Program-made: the position numbers and the translations under genes | In this document: one piece after another, positions 30,193 through 39,096 of the stretch | Layout of the letters: each line of letters starts with the position of its first letter | Numbering within the stretch: position 1 is the first letter of the stretch | Source of the DNA: Candidatus Omnitrophota bacterium | Lineage (GTDB): Bacteria > Omnitrophota > Gorgyraeia > Zapsychrales > JANLHA01 | Direction: 5' to 3' | NCBI GenBank assembly: GCA_029560465.1 | Contig: JAKQKX010000045.1 | Span: 280,260-344,259 of the forward strand | DNA: 64,000 bases | Notes under the pieces: generated by a model | What the model was told of the DNA's origin: nothing | Seen by the model: only the letters and a program-made list of their open reading frames with translations | Databases searched by the model: none

Positions 30193-32205
30193 TCACATAA
30201 AGTAATCAAAATCCTGCTCCCGGTGCAGGTGCGGACGCACCCGTATAACGTGCGCGGGGCTGATGTGCGGATTTAATTCGATATAATTGGACTCTCCCTG
30301 CCAGATATAACGGTCGTTGCTTAACAGATCGTGCGCCAGGTACGGGCGGTCCGGTTCGATATTCCAGGCCGGCAAAGGAACGGTCACCATGCCGCATTGC
30401 GTGTGATAGGGGTCAAGGTTCACGATAACAAGAATGATATTGCGGCCATCCTTGGACATTTTGTAATACGCCAAGAGCGCATCATTTTTGGTTTCGCAAA
30501 ACCGGATATTGCGCGTTTCCTGCAAAGCCGGATTCTCACGCCGGACCTGGTTCACCCGGGCGATCACATCTTTCAGGTGCCCTTCCTGGTTCCAGTTCCA
30601 GGAGCGGAGCTCATATTTTTCCGATTGGGCGTATTCTTCCTTCTGGGGAACCGCTTTATCCACGCATAATTCAAAAACCGGGCCGTAAATACCGTAATTG
30701 GATGACAAGGTCGCGGCGAGAATCAGACGCATGATAAAAGCCGGCCGCCCGCCGGATTGCAGGTGCACAGGCAGGATATCCGGCGTGTTGGGCCAGAAAT
30801 TCGGCCTGAAATACTCCGCAACTTCCGTCCGGGTCAACTCGGTCAGATAATCCATAAATTCCTGTTTGGTATTGCGCCACGTAAAATAAGTGTAAGACTG
30901 CGTGAACCCCCCTTTAGCCAACCGGTACATGACATGCGGCCGGGTGAACGCTTCGGCCAGGAAAATGGCCTGCGGATAATTTTTCCTGATGTCCTCGATC
31001 AACCAGTCCCAGAAAGCGAACGGTTTTGTGTGCGGATTATCCACACGAAAGATGCGAATTCCCTGCCCGGCCCAGAATTCGACAATGCTCTTGAGCTCAC
31101 TCCAAAGATTTTTCCAGTCGGCGCTTTCAAAATTAATCGGAAGGACATCCTCATACTTCTTCGGCGGATTCTCCGCGAATTGGATCGAGCCGTCCGGCCG
31201 CCATTTAAACCAATCCGGGTGTGCTTTGACATACGGGTGATCCGGGGCGCATTGATAGGCGAGATCCAGCGCCACTTCAATGCCGTAACGATTCGCTTCC
31301 CCGATAAAATGCTTCAAATCATCCAGCGTGCCAAGGAAGGGATGAATGCTCTTATGCCCGCCGTCCGAGGAACCGATGGCCCAAGGGCAGCCCGGGTCCC
31401 CGGCCTCACAGATAACAGAATTATTTTTCCCTTTCCGGTTTGTCACCCCGATGGGATGAATCGGTGGAAAATAAACCACGTCAAATCCCATGCGGGCGAT
31501 CTCCGGCAGCAGGCGTTCGCAATCACGAAACGTGCCGTGTTTCCCCTCCGGGCCCCATGAACGGGGAAAGAATTCATACCAGGCGCTAAAAAGGGCTTGC
31601 TTACGGTCGACGGCAACATGGAGTTCCTTCGGATACAGGGCTCCTTTATCCCACGCCAGAAAATCACGCATCGACCGCTGAATGTCCTCGGACGAGGCCA
31701 AAGCCACGGCCTCTGAAACAGGGCCTCGGCCACGAAACCGCGCAGCCAACGAACGGAACTTTTCGGCAGAGTCGCCAACGGCCTTCTCCAGGGCCTGCTC
31801 TAACAAATCAGCGCCGACGAGCAAATCCACGCTGACATTGACGCCCGCCTCCCATTTCTTCTTCAGGTCGCGCTGCCAGGATCCGAAAGAATCAATGCAC
31901 CCCTGCACCGTGTAAACATAATCCGCCAGGCGCTCGATTTCAAAAGCCCCTTCCCAACGGTCATTCCCCAAGGGCAACATGTCCGCATACCGCCATTCAG
32001 GTTCGTTGACCGGACGATACCCCAGCCTGACGGCAATCTCGTCATGCCCGTCTGCAAACACACTGGCCTGGACGACAACCCTTTCCCCCTGAACGCGTTT
32101 AATCGGGAACTGCCCCCCGTCAATCTCCGGGGAAACCCTCTCCACGTTGACACGGGAAAGGACCTTGGCTTTTACAGGAATCTTTTTGCTTTTAACTTCG
32201 GGCAC
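30193..32205 (-). CDS. glgE: alpha-1,4-glucan:maltose-1-phosphate maltosyltransferase GlgE
   Basis: 670 aa. The N-terminus MPEVKSKKIPVKAKVLSRVNVERVSPEIDGGQFPIKRV is typical of GlgE. GTG start with an AAGGAGAAA SD. Confidence 0.9.
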   Translation of the reverse strand: MPEVKSKKIPVKAKVLSRVNVERVSPEIDGGQFPIKRVQGERVVVQASVFADGHDEIAVRLGYRPVNEPEWRYADMLPLGNDRWEGAFEIERLADYVYTVQGCIDSFGSWQRDLKKKWEAGVNVSVDLLVGADLLEQALEKAVGDSAEKFRSLAARFRGRGPVSEAVALASSEDIQRSMRDFLAWDKGALYPKELHVAVDRKQALFSAWYEFFPRSWGPEGKHGTFRDCERLLPEIARMGFDVVYFPPIHPIGVTNRKGKNNSVICEAGDPGCPWAIGSSDGGHKSIHPFLGTLDDLKHFIGEANRYGIEVALDLAYQCAPDHPYVKAHPDWFKWRPDGSIQFAENPPKKYEDVLPINFESADWKNLWSELKSIVEFWAGQGIRIFRVDNPHTKPFAFWDWLIEDIRKNYPQAIFLAEAFTRPHVMYRLAKGGFTQSYTYFTWRNTKQEFMDYLTELTRTEVAEYFRPNFWPNTPDILPVHLQSGGRPAFIMRLILAATLSSNYGIYGPVFELCVDKAVPQKEEYAQSEKYELRSWNWNQEGHLKDVIARVNQVRRENPALQETRNIRFCETKNDALLAYYKMSKDGRNIILVIVNLDPYHTQCGMVTVPLPAWNIEPDRPYLAHDLLSNDRYIWQGESNYIELNPHISPAHVIRVRPHLHREQDFDYFM

Positions 32206-32235
32206 GGGATTTCTCCTTGGTAAAGGTCTTTTTTT

Positions 32236-32270
32236 ATTATATTACAGAACCTTATAACTTTTAAGGACAA
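32236..32270 (-). promoter_or_regulatory. candidate sigma70-type promoter of the glgE-treS-glgB-treZ-treY-mntP operon
   Basis: Minus-strand TATAAT (32241..32236) preceded by TG, in an AT-rich leader. A weak -35 candidate is TTGTCC, with poor spacing. Confidence 0.25.
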
Positions 32271-32435
32271 TTTTGAATAATCCTCTGATGAGTCCCGTGT
32301 TTTAGAAAAAAACTTCGAAGATCAGCAGGCGGAAAGAGCTGTTTCAAAATCAACACATGATTTTATGAATTGAGAGATGGCGGGACAAGGGGCATCGCTT
32401 ATTGGGCAATCGGGCAAACAACATGGCCGGTGAAA

Positions 32436-32879
32436 TTACCTCTGATCAGTCACTTTCTTAAAATCCTTACTGAGCAAAGAAGGGACAGGCAAACATTTTG
32501 ACAGCATTCCCCTCCGGAATTCAACGATCTCATATCTTTGGGCGTTAATTTCAGTCTTGAGGAATTCAAAGGCTTTGCGGTTATCAATGGTTTCCCCACA
32601 GGTAAACACATCAACGGCCGCATAGCCATATTCCGGCCAAGTATGAATACTTAAATGCGATTCAGCGACAACGACCACGCCCGTTATCCCGTAAGGGGAA
32701 AATTCATGAAAAAGCGAGTCGATCACCGTGGCTCCGGCGACCTCCGCGGCCGTAATGAGAGCGGACCTCAATAGAGGAATATCATTCAGGCTTTCCTGAC
32801 TACATCCGTAATATTCAATAATAGCGTGTTTGCCCAACATGGTGTCAAGATGACTCATACAAGAATTTGATTTTTGCAT
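32436..32879 (-). CDS. speH: S-adenosylmethionine decarboxylase proenzyme (class 1b, SpeH/SpeD)
   Basis: Motifs ESHLSIHTWPE and AVDVFTCG, including the pyruvoyl-forming Ser. Confidence 0.85.
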   Translation of the reverse strand: MQKSNSCMSHLDTMLGKHAIIEYYGCSQESLNDIPLLRSALITAAEVAGATVIDSLFHEFSPYGITGVVVVAESHLSIHTWPEYGYAAVDVFTCGETIDNRKAFEFLKTEINAQRYEIVEFRRGMLSKCLPVPSLLSKDFKKVTDQR

Positions 32880-32908
32880 GGTATCCCTCTGGTTAAAAAA
32901 TAATATTA

Positions 32909-32947
32909 AAAATATAAAAAGCGGAGGGCCGACCTCTTGTCTCCGCT
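32909..32947 (-). terminator. rho-independent terminator downstream of FKBP gene
   Basis: Stem AGCGGAG / CTCCGCT (32920-26 / 32941-47). On the minus strand it is followed by TTTTTATATTTTT. Confidence 0.6.
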
Positions 32948-33059
32948 CAATAAATTAGACATATAAAATATCAGAAAACATAAAATTCTTCAATAATTTA
33001 TTCAAATGGATAAAAAATACCGTTTCCACAAAAATTCCGCCCTTTCAAGACGGACACCC

Positions 33060-33554
33060 CTATTTGACGGAAACAATTTTCACTTTAAAAACCAAATCCT
33101 GGCCAGCCAGGGGATGATTAAAATTCACAATCACGGAATTTTCTTTCACATCCTCAACAATGCCCATCAACGGCTGGCCGTTCTGAAGTTCTATCTGCAC
33201 CGGCAGTCCTTTCTGGGGAATCAAATCCGCCGGGAATTGGTCTTTCGGGATCTCGATAACCGCCCTGGGGTCAATCGGGCCATACGCGTCTTCAGCCAGC
33301 ACCGTGATGGTTTTCTCATCGTTGACCTTTAATCCCTCCAACTGTTTCTCCAACCCGGGGATAATCATCCGGGCCCCATGCACGTACTCCAGCGGTTCCT
33401 TCCCTTCCGTCGTGTCAGCCACCTTCCCGTCCGCCGTTACCGTGTAATCAAACTGCACCGTCTTGCCTTCTGATATCACCTCAAAGCCTTCTTGCGCGTA
33501 AAGAGGGGCGCACGATAACATCAGCAAAAAAAATGTAACCATTCTTATCGCCAT
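33060..33554 (-). CDS. secreted FKBP-type peptidyl-prolyl cis-trans isomerase
   Basis: ATG at 33554 gives the signal peptide MAIRMVTFFLLMLSCAPLYAQ. FKBP domain motifs DYTVTADGKV and NHPLAGQDLVFKVKIVSV. Confidence 0.8.
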   Translation of the reverse strand: MAIRMVTFFLLMLSCAPLYAQEGFEVISEGKTVQFDYTVTADGKVADTTEGKEPLEYVHGARMIIPGLEKQLEGLKVNDEKTITVLAEDAYGPIDPRAVIEIPKDQFPADLIPQKGLPVQIELQNGQPLMGIVEDVKENSVIVNFNHPLAGQDLVFKVKIVSVK

Positions 33555-33646
33555 AATGCTCTCTCTTCCTAAGTAAAAAAACGTTGCCATTTCGTCAGCG
33601 GGGCCATCCCCGCCGGTACGGACACGTGAGATTCCCAACCTTAAAA

Positions 33647-33853
33647 TCAGGAACCGATCCGGACGACGTTTTGGGCCTGTTCGCCTTTGGGTCCCCTGAC
33701 GATTTCGAATTCAACAGACTCGCCATCGTTTAAAGACACAAAACCGCTGCCTTGAATCTCGCTGTGATGGACAAAAACGTCTTTCCCGGATTCCGGCGTA
33801 ATAAACCCGTAACCCTTGGACGCGTTAAACCATTTAACGGTTCCTTTAACCAT
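33647..33853 (-). CDS. cspA: cold-shock protein (CspA family)
   Basis: 68 aa, [34 protein letters not shown], containing the RNP1/RNP2 motifs. Confidence 0.9.
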   Translation of the reverse strand: MVKGTVKWFNASKGYGFITPESGKDVFVHHSEIQGSGFVSLNDGESVEFEIVRGPKGEQAQNVVRIGS

Positions 33854-33891
33854 TTTGAATTTCTCCTTTCCTAAGGCGTACAACATGCCGT

Positions 33892-33930
33892 GCAAACAAA
33901 AAACCGCGAGGTAACCCATTGTCCCTCGCG
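33892..33930 (-). promoter_or_regulatory. terminator-like hairpin inside the cspA 5' UTR (candidate attenuator)
   Basis: Perfect stem CGCGAGG / CCTCGCG (33905-11 / 33924-30) with a 12-nt loop. On the minus strand it is followed by GTTTTTTGTTTG. It lies between the candidate promoter and the cspA ATG. Confidence 0.5.
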
Positions 33931-33964
33931 ACATACAATAAAAATGTTTCGTGTCACTGAAACG

Positions 33965-33995
33965 ATATTATTGTTGAACTCAACCACTTTGTCAA
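33965..33995 (-). promoter_or_regulatory. candidate sigma70 promoter of cspA
   Basis: Minus-strand TTGACA (33995..33990) and TAATAT (33970..33965), with an 18-19 nt spacer. Confidence 0.4.
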
Positions 33996-34058
33996 CGAAA
34001 TAATCGGCCTTTCTCCTTTCAAGAATAAGCCGGCCTCCCCATAAAAACGAATCATCGT

Positions 34059-35267
34059 TCAGCGGGAAGGAGAGGACCACCCCTGCCGACCAAAATAATC
34101 AAAAATAATTTCTGCAACGAGGCGATGGCCCCTGGCAGAAAGATGCCCCTGAGGAGCGAAAAGAGTGTCTAGCTCCGGGGACGGAATTTCCTCCACAAAA
34201 TGACTCATGAGGTCAATATACGCAAAATTATGATCGCGCAGATAAAAATGCACCGGCTGATAAACGTGAAAGCTCTCTTTCTCAAAAACGCGAAGGTCAT
34301 GGCGGCTCGGGAAGATGACGACAAGCGGCACAGCCCCCTGCGCAAGGGCTTCATCCCGGAACTTCTTCAGGATTTCCCGGGTGATGATGAAAAATTCCGA
34401 TTCCGCGCCCCAAAAAGACGCCAGAGAAACGTCCCTCGATTTTAACCTCGCGTTAAGAAAAAGCCGTAACGCCAGGTCGGCAAGTCGGATGCAGAAGAAA
34501 GTCGGGCGGGATTCGCGGCAACGGGCGTGCTTATAATAATAATCCTCTTCTCCCAGGTCGGGCAAAACGCTTTGCGGCGTTTTTAAAAGACGTTCATAAT
34601 CCTCATGGGTCCTTAACAAATTAGGGATTAAAACAAGCGAACCGTTTTTGAACACAAAACGCGGTTTTGACAAAGGGACCTGGCTGCTCGGGGTCCAGAA
34701 AGGGCGGAACGTGTTGACATGACGCGGCATATCGTCTAAAGTCAAACCTATAATCACAAAATCCGGTTTGAACCCAGCCCCCTCCTCCTGATAGCGCAGG
34801 AAAGACTGATCCAGCCCGTACGCCGGGACACCGAAGTTAAGGACCTCCATATTCGAATGGTCCCGGGTCAGGATTTCCTGCCAGGTTTCATGGTTATAAA
34901 CTTCATCGCCATGAATAAATGAATCCCCAAACGCGCAGACCCTGATCCGGCCACGCGGGCTGCTCTGCACAGCCTCCCAGGAAGCACGGATTCCCTGCCC
35001 GTTCGCCTGATACATATCGGTCTTCCCATCCGGCTGCACAGTCCACCCCAAGGTCGGGCTTATCTTTAGATACTGAAGACGGCCCCGTAACATATTCTTG
35101 ATAAGCTTTCGCTGCTGGAAGTCCAAAATATTGCGGCAGTCCAACCCCAGGTAAACCCGCCGGACGTCACGCAGGTACACCAGCCCTGCCCAAGACAAAA
35201 ACTCAACGACCGCAAACAGGCAAAGCAGCCGTAAAAAAACGTGTGCATATTTTCTCATATAAAACAT
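34059..35267 (-). CDS. membrane-anchored SGNH/GDSL-like hydrolase (AlgX/AlgJ-like acyl-esterase fold)
   Basis: N-terminal TM anchor. GDSF motif within RVCAFGDSFIHGDE. The start is uncertain; 35267, 35258 and 35288 are all possible. Confidence 0.6.
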   Translation of the reverse strand: MFYMRKYAHVFLRLLCLFAVVEFLSWAGLVYLRDVRRVYLGLDCRNILDFQQRKLIKNMLRGRLQYLKISPTLGWTVQPDGKTDMYQANGQGIRASWEAVQSSPRGRIRVCAFGDSFIHGDEVYNHETWQEILTRDHSNMEVLNFGVPAYGLDQSFLRYQEEGAGFKPDFVIIGLTLDDMPRHVNTFRPFWTPSSQVPLSKPRFVFKNGSLVLIPNLLRTHEDYERLLKTPQSVLPDLGEEDYYYKHARCRESRPTFFCIRLADLALRLFLNARLKSRDVSLASFWGAESEFFIITREILKKFRDEALAQGAVPLVVIFPSRHDLRVFEKESFHVYQPVHFYLRDHNFAYIDLMSHFVEEIPSPELDTLFAPQGHLSARGHRLVAEIIFDYFGRQGWSSPSR

Positions 35268-35419
35268 TATCGGCCATTTCCCTCTCATATTCAATAGCTC
35301 ATCCTTTTCCCCTAGGCCCTGACCGGCTGTTTTACTGCCCGGACAAAAAATAAACCCCCCTGTCATATTCCACTAACAGAGGGGCTGGTCCAACCACAAA
35401 AAAATTCCATTTTAAACAG

Positions 35420-36637
35420 CTAACGGCGTCTCCGGGGGTTATTATACACTGTTTTCTTCCACCGGCCCCCGTACCTCTGGGCGCTAAACACAGTTTTAGG
35501 TTTTTCAAACTGTTCAAACGTGTCTTCAAATTGTTTGGAAATCGGTAGCGTTTTTTTGATGATCCGCTCGATATTCCTCACATCCGCACCCTGATCCGGG
35601 GTCGCCAGAGAAATCGCATGCCCATTGCTTCCCGCCCGCCCCGTTCTTCCGATACGATGGACGTAATTTTCGGCGTCCTCGGGGATATCATAATTAATGA
35701 CAAGCTCGATTCCGGCGACATCAATCCCCCTCGCCGCAATGTCTGTCGCGGCAAGGACCCGGTATTTTCCTGTCTTAAAACCTTCCAGGGCCTCCCGGCG
35801 CTGGGCCAAGGTACGGTCAGAATGGATCTCTGCGGCGCTATGCCCCATCCCGCGGATCATCCTGGCGATCTTCTGCGTGCTTATTTTTGTCCGGCAAAAC
35901 AGCAGGATCGCACCACGGTATTGCTTTAACAATCTCGCCAGAATATCCTTCTTCATTTCTTTCTGGACAATAAACACTTCATGCGAAACCCCTTCTGCCG
36001 TCGTTCCTGAAGGCGCAATCTCAACCTGCACCGGGAATTTCATGTGCGAGGAGGCGATTTCAACGATGGTCTGAGGTATCGTGGCAGAAAAAAGCAGTGT
36101 TTGCCTCTCCTTGGGGACCGATTCCAAAATTTTCTCAATTTGAGGGGCGAACCCCATGTCCAGCATCCGGTCCGCTTCGTCCAGGACCAAAATACTCACC
36201 CGGCTCAAACGCGCCTTACGTTGCTGCATGAGATCAATCAAGCGCCCAGGGGTGGCGATCAGGACACGCGGATTTTGCGCCAAAGCCCTCACCTGCCTGT
36301 TCATCGGCGCTCCGCCAATTAACACGACAGACTTAATCGCCAACGGCTTGGAAATTTTGCGAACACTCTCCTCAACCTGCAGGGCCAATTCGCGGGTCGG
36401 GACAAGGATTAACGCCATGGATTTATCCTGCGCTAATTGCTGCAATGTTGGGATAACAAAGGCCATGGTCTTGCCCGTCCCAGTCTGCGCTATCCCAATC
36501 AAATCCTTTCGTTCTAAAGCGACGGGAATAGCTTTATGCTGGATCGGAGTTGCCGTCTTAAATTGTAATTTCATCAATGTTTCAATAATTTTAGGGGCGA
36601 TCCCCAGCCCGTAAAAGGACAAATCAGATTGATCCAT
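35420..36637 (-). CDS. DEAD-box ATP-dependent RNA helicase
   Basis: Q-motif, GIAQTGTGKT, DEAD, SAT and HRIGRTGR motifs, with a basic C-terminal tail. Confidence 0.9.
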   Translation of the reverse strand: MDQSDLSFYGLGIAPKIIETLMKLQFKTATPIQHKAIPVALERKDLIGIAQTGTGKTMAFVIPTLQQLAQDKSMALILVPTRELALQVEESVRKISKPLAIKSVVLIGGAPMNRQVRALAQNPRVLIATPGRLIDLMQQRKARLSRVSILVLDEADRMLDMGFAPQIEKILESVPKERQTLLFSATIPQTIVEIASSHMKFPVQVEIAPSGTTAEGVSHEVFIVQKEMKKDILARLLKQYRGAILLFCRTKISTQKIARMIRGMGHSAAEIHSDRTLAQRREALEGFKTGKYRVLAATDIAARGIDVAGIELVINYDIPEDAENYVHRIGRTGRAGSNGHAISLATPDQGADVRNIERIIKKTLPISKQFEDTFEQFEKPKTVFSAQRYGGRWKKTVYNNPRRRR

Positions 36638-36835
36638 AATAAATCTCCTTTATCTAAGTTCCCCTAGTATGACCGATATAAATTAAAAGTCAATATATAT
36701 TTACAACCCGGACAGCGATGTTTTGTGATAAGGGATCGATTCAAATTTTAGGGATAACTTGGGAAGGTCGAAACAGCCGTCAACCAGCGCTATGAAGGGG
36801 AACAGGAGGGTTCCTTTATAGAAATCGAGGAACGC

Positions 36836-37417
36836 CTATCGATGGTATTGAATTTCATCCAGATATATTATTCCTCCCGAAGGATTATTCGTGTTTTCAA
36901 AAATAACCAAAAAACCTCCTATAATATGCGAAAGATCCTTATCCCGCAAATTAATGGAATACTGTTGCCATGCGTTCGTTAACGTGACTTTTTCCTGCGC
37001 CATATCCGTGTCTGAAAAATCTTTGCCCCGCAGGCCCCCGACTCTAAAAATGACAACTTCTCCACCACTGGCTCCCCGGGCGTAAAGGGTGAGCTTCTTG
37101 GCTCCTTTTAAATTTAAACGCCCCTGTTCAGTCCCCCAGTTATTAACCGGATATTGCCAATATATCCCAGCCCATCCTAATGTATTTGGCATCTTGGGTT
37201 TATATTCGATTTTAACACATGTCTTTCCGGCGAAAGGATTTTCAATAGAGGCGGAATTCATAGCCAGGTCATTGGTGTTGCCCATCCAGCCGCTGGCGTG
37301 AAACCACCGGAAATAATTCTCCTGATACAAAAACAAAGGCTCTTTGGCCCAACCCAGCGCGTTCAAAAGAAGGACAACACACGTCAAAACCAAAATCTGG
37401 CAAAGAAGTTTTTTCAT
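36836..37417 (-). CDS. hypothetical secreted protein
   Basis: ATG at 37417 with a GGAGGA SD. Signal peptide MKKLLCQILVLTCVVLLLNALGWA. Trp/Gly-rich mature part, possibly a carbohydrate-binding beta-sandwich; unknown. Confidence 0.5.
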   Translation of the reverse strand: MKKLLCQILVLTCVVLLLNALGWAKEPLFLYQENYFRWFHASGWMGNTNDLAMNSASIENPFAGKTCVKIEYKPKMPNTLGWAGIYWQYPVNNWGTEQGRLNLKGAKKLTLYARGASGGEVVIFRVGGLRGKDFSDTDMAQEKVTLTNAWQQYSINLRDKDLSHIIGGFLVIFENTNNPSGGIIYLDEIQYHR

Positions 37418-37541
37418 AATTGCGCATCCTCCTCTATTTATTTGCAGAACTGCTCTTATTCTAGCGCAGACATAACCATCAGGCAAGGATAGAGTTTTCC
37501 TCATCCTCAATCCTACTTTTATCCCAAAGGTCATTGGATAC

Positions 37542-37580
37542 AAAAAATAAAAAAACTGTCTATTTCTTAAAATAGACAGT
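37542..37580 (-). terminator. rho-independent terminator downstream of DMT-like gene
   Basis: Perfect 11-bp stem ACTGTCTATTT / AAATAGACAGT with a 4-nt loop. On the minus strand it is followed by TTTTTTTATTTTTT. Confidence 0.7.
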
Positions 37581-37683
37581 AACTCTGTCCGCATAATCAT
37601 GTGTCAACACGGAATTGCTTCGTTAAAAAATAAGAGAAAGCGCCTGCATCTAAGCCGAAACCCAGATCATCCCCGCCCTGTCC

Positions 37684-38013
37684 TCACCATTTCTTGAACA
37701 CAAAGAAAACCGCCCCTGCCATGAGCAGAAAGCCCACAACAACATTCCATTTAATGCTCTCTTTTAAATAATAAATCGAAAACACACAAAAGATGGCCAG
37801 AGTAATCACTTCCTGGATGGTTTTCAACTGCGCGGCAGAAAAATGTCCATGACCGAGCCGGTTGGCCGGGACCTGAAAACAGTATTCCAAAAAAGCGATG
37901 AGCCAGCTGATCACAATGACATAAAACAGCGGGGCGTTCTTGTATCGAAGATGACCATACCACGCGAACGTCATAAAAATGTTTGAAATAATAAGAAGAA
38001 TTATTGTCGGCAT
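37684..38013 (-). CDS. small DMT-superfamily (DUF486-like) membrane protein
   Basis: 110 aa, 4 TM. ATG at 38013 gives MPTIILLIISNIFMTFAWYGHLRY... Confidence 0.6.
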   Translation of the reverse strand: MPTIILLIISNIFMTFAWYGHLRYKNAPLFYVIVISWLIAFLEYCFQVPANRLGHGHFSAAQLKTIQEVITLAIFCVFSIYYLKESIKWNVVVGFLLMAGAVFFVFKKW

Positions 38014-38126
38014 CGCATAAGAATCATAATAAAATTCACATCCGTCCGGCCTTTGGCCCGGTCTTACCAAAATGCGGATATCCCCTATCCTGTCACGGCC
38101 TGTTAAGCTAATCCAGTCAACCGTAC

Positions 38127-38155
38127 TTTATAGAACGAACGCGCACCGTTGTCAA
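38127..38155 (-). promoter_or_regulatory. consensus sigma70 promoter for the DMT-like gene
   Basis: Minus-strand TTGACA (38155..38150), a 17-nt spacer, then TATAAA (38132..38127). The predicted 5' UTR is about 105 nt. Confidence 0.55.
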
Positions 38156-38321
38156 GCGTTGATTAAAGTTCTGCCCTGCCTACGGGATTAGCGGCAGGGT
38201 TCAGGCGGCAGATACCTGTTCCACAGCGTCGGGAAATTCACCCTCTGGAAGGGGTTTCCCGTTTTCCCGAATCAGGAATTTCGGCGGAACAACTCATGTC
38301 TTCGGAAGGCTCCCCGCTAAT

Positions 38322-38444
38322 TTATGAACCGCAACAGCCAGGGCCAGCCGTTTTAACCTGAGGCTGCGGCGCCTGCCCTTTTTGTTGCTGGGCTGCCAGC
38401 AGTCTTTGCTGGACCGGGTTTTTAAAAAAATTCTTGTTAGCCAT
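38322..38444 (-). CDS. unannotated 40-aa Gln-rich peptide ending GPGCCGS, translationally coupled to the YkgJ-family gene
   Basis: MANKNFFKNPVQQRLLAAQQQKGQAPQPQVKTAGPGCCGS. The ATG lies 1 nt after the ykgJ-like stop. Its SD GAAAGGAGGTG is encoded by the last codons of the upstream gene, with 8-nt spacing. Too short for the ORF track. Confidence 0.45.
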   Translation of the reverse strand: MANKNFFKNPVQQRLLAAQQQKGQAPQPQVKTAGPGCCGS

Positions 38445-38445
38445 T

Positions 38446-39096
38446 TTATTCACCTCCTTTCATGGGAAGAAACCCGGTTAATTCTCCGTAATACCCGATA
38501 AGCTGAGCGGCTTTAGCAAAAGCCAAGTTAATATTCATGGATTGATCCGCTAAATCAGGTGAGACAGCATATGTTTTCATGAAATAATTATAATAAACCG
38601 GCGCATGGGCCCCTTGCGCAAACACATGCCTGGCTTTTTCCGGAGGATCTTGTTCCAAGCCCTCTTTAATCCTCCAGCAGAGCATCAATTCATTCTTCCT
38701 GGCTTTATTCTCCCGGCTGCAAAACCCGAAAAGCCGGCAAATTAACGGCCTAAAAGGGTATATCTGGCAATGCCAACTGTTATCCAAGCTATCCTGGGAA
38801 TAAAAAACACACGTTGCTTGTTCATCATTCATATTGATCCGGTCCAACCATGGCACCAGTCCGCCTTTTATCCATAAAAAAGCAGCCAGGGGCTGCATCT
38901 CCAAAACCGAGCAGGATACACACGCTTTCCGGCAACATTCCCCGCACCCGGATAAGCAATGAAGGTCGCTCCTCTGTTTAAACTTGTCGAGCTTTTGATC
39001 CACCTCTTTATATATATTTAAAAGCGTCTCAATCTCTTTTCGCTTTCGAAGCGGCAGAAACCGCAAGGCCGTCAAAACATCAGCGTCACAGATCAT
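38446..39096 (-). CDS. YkgJ-family (UPF0153, CxxCxxCC) putative Fe-S/zinc-binding protein
   Basis: CLSGCGECC motif. ATG at 39096 with a GGAGAA SD; the GTG start of the track ORF at 39123 is rejected. Confidence 0.75.
   Translation of the reverse strand: MICDADVLTALRFLPLRKRKEIETLLNIYKEVDQKLDKFKQRSDLHCLSGCGECCRKACVSCSVLEMQPLAAFLWIKGGLVPWLDRINMNDEQATCVFYSQDSLDNSWHCQIYPFRPLICRLFGFCSRENKARKNELMLCWRIKEGLEQDPPEKARHVFAQGAHAPVYYNYFMKTYAVSPDLADQSMNINLAFAKAAQLIGYYGELTGFLPMKGGE

Noticed and set aside
34700-34740. GGAAC...TCGTCTAA string resembling an ECF promoter inside the SGNH hydrolase coding region
   Set aside because: Spacer is about 23 nt, too long. It lies within a coding sequence and shares no flank similarity with the two intergenic motif copies.
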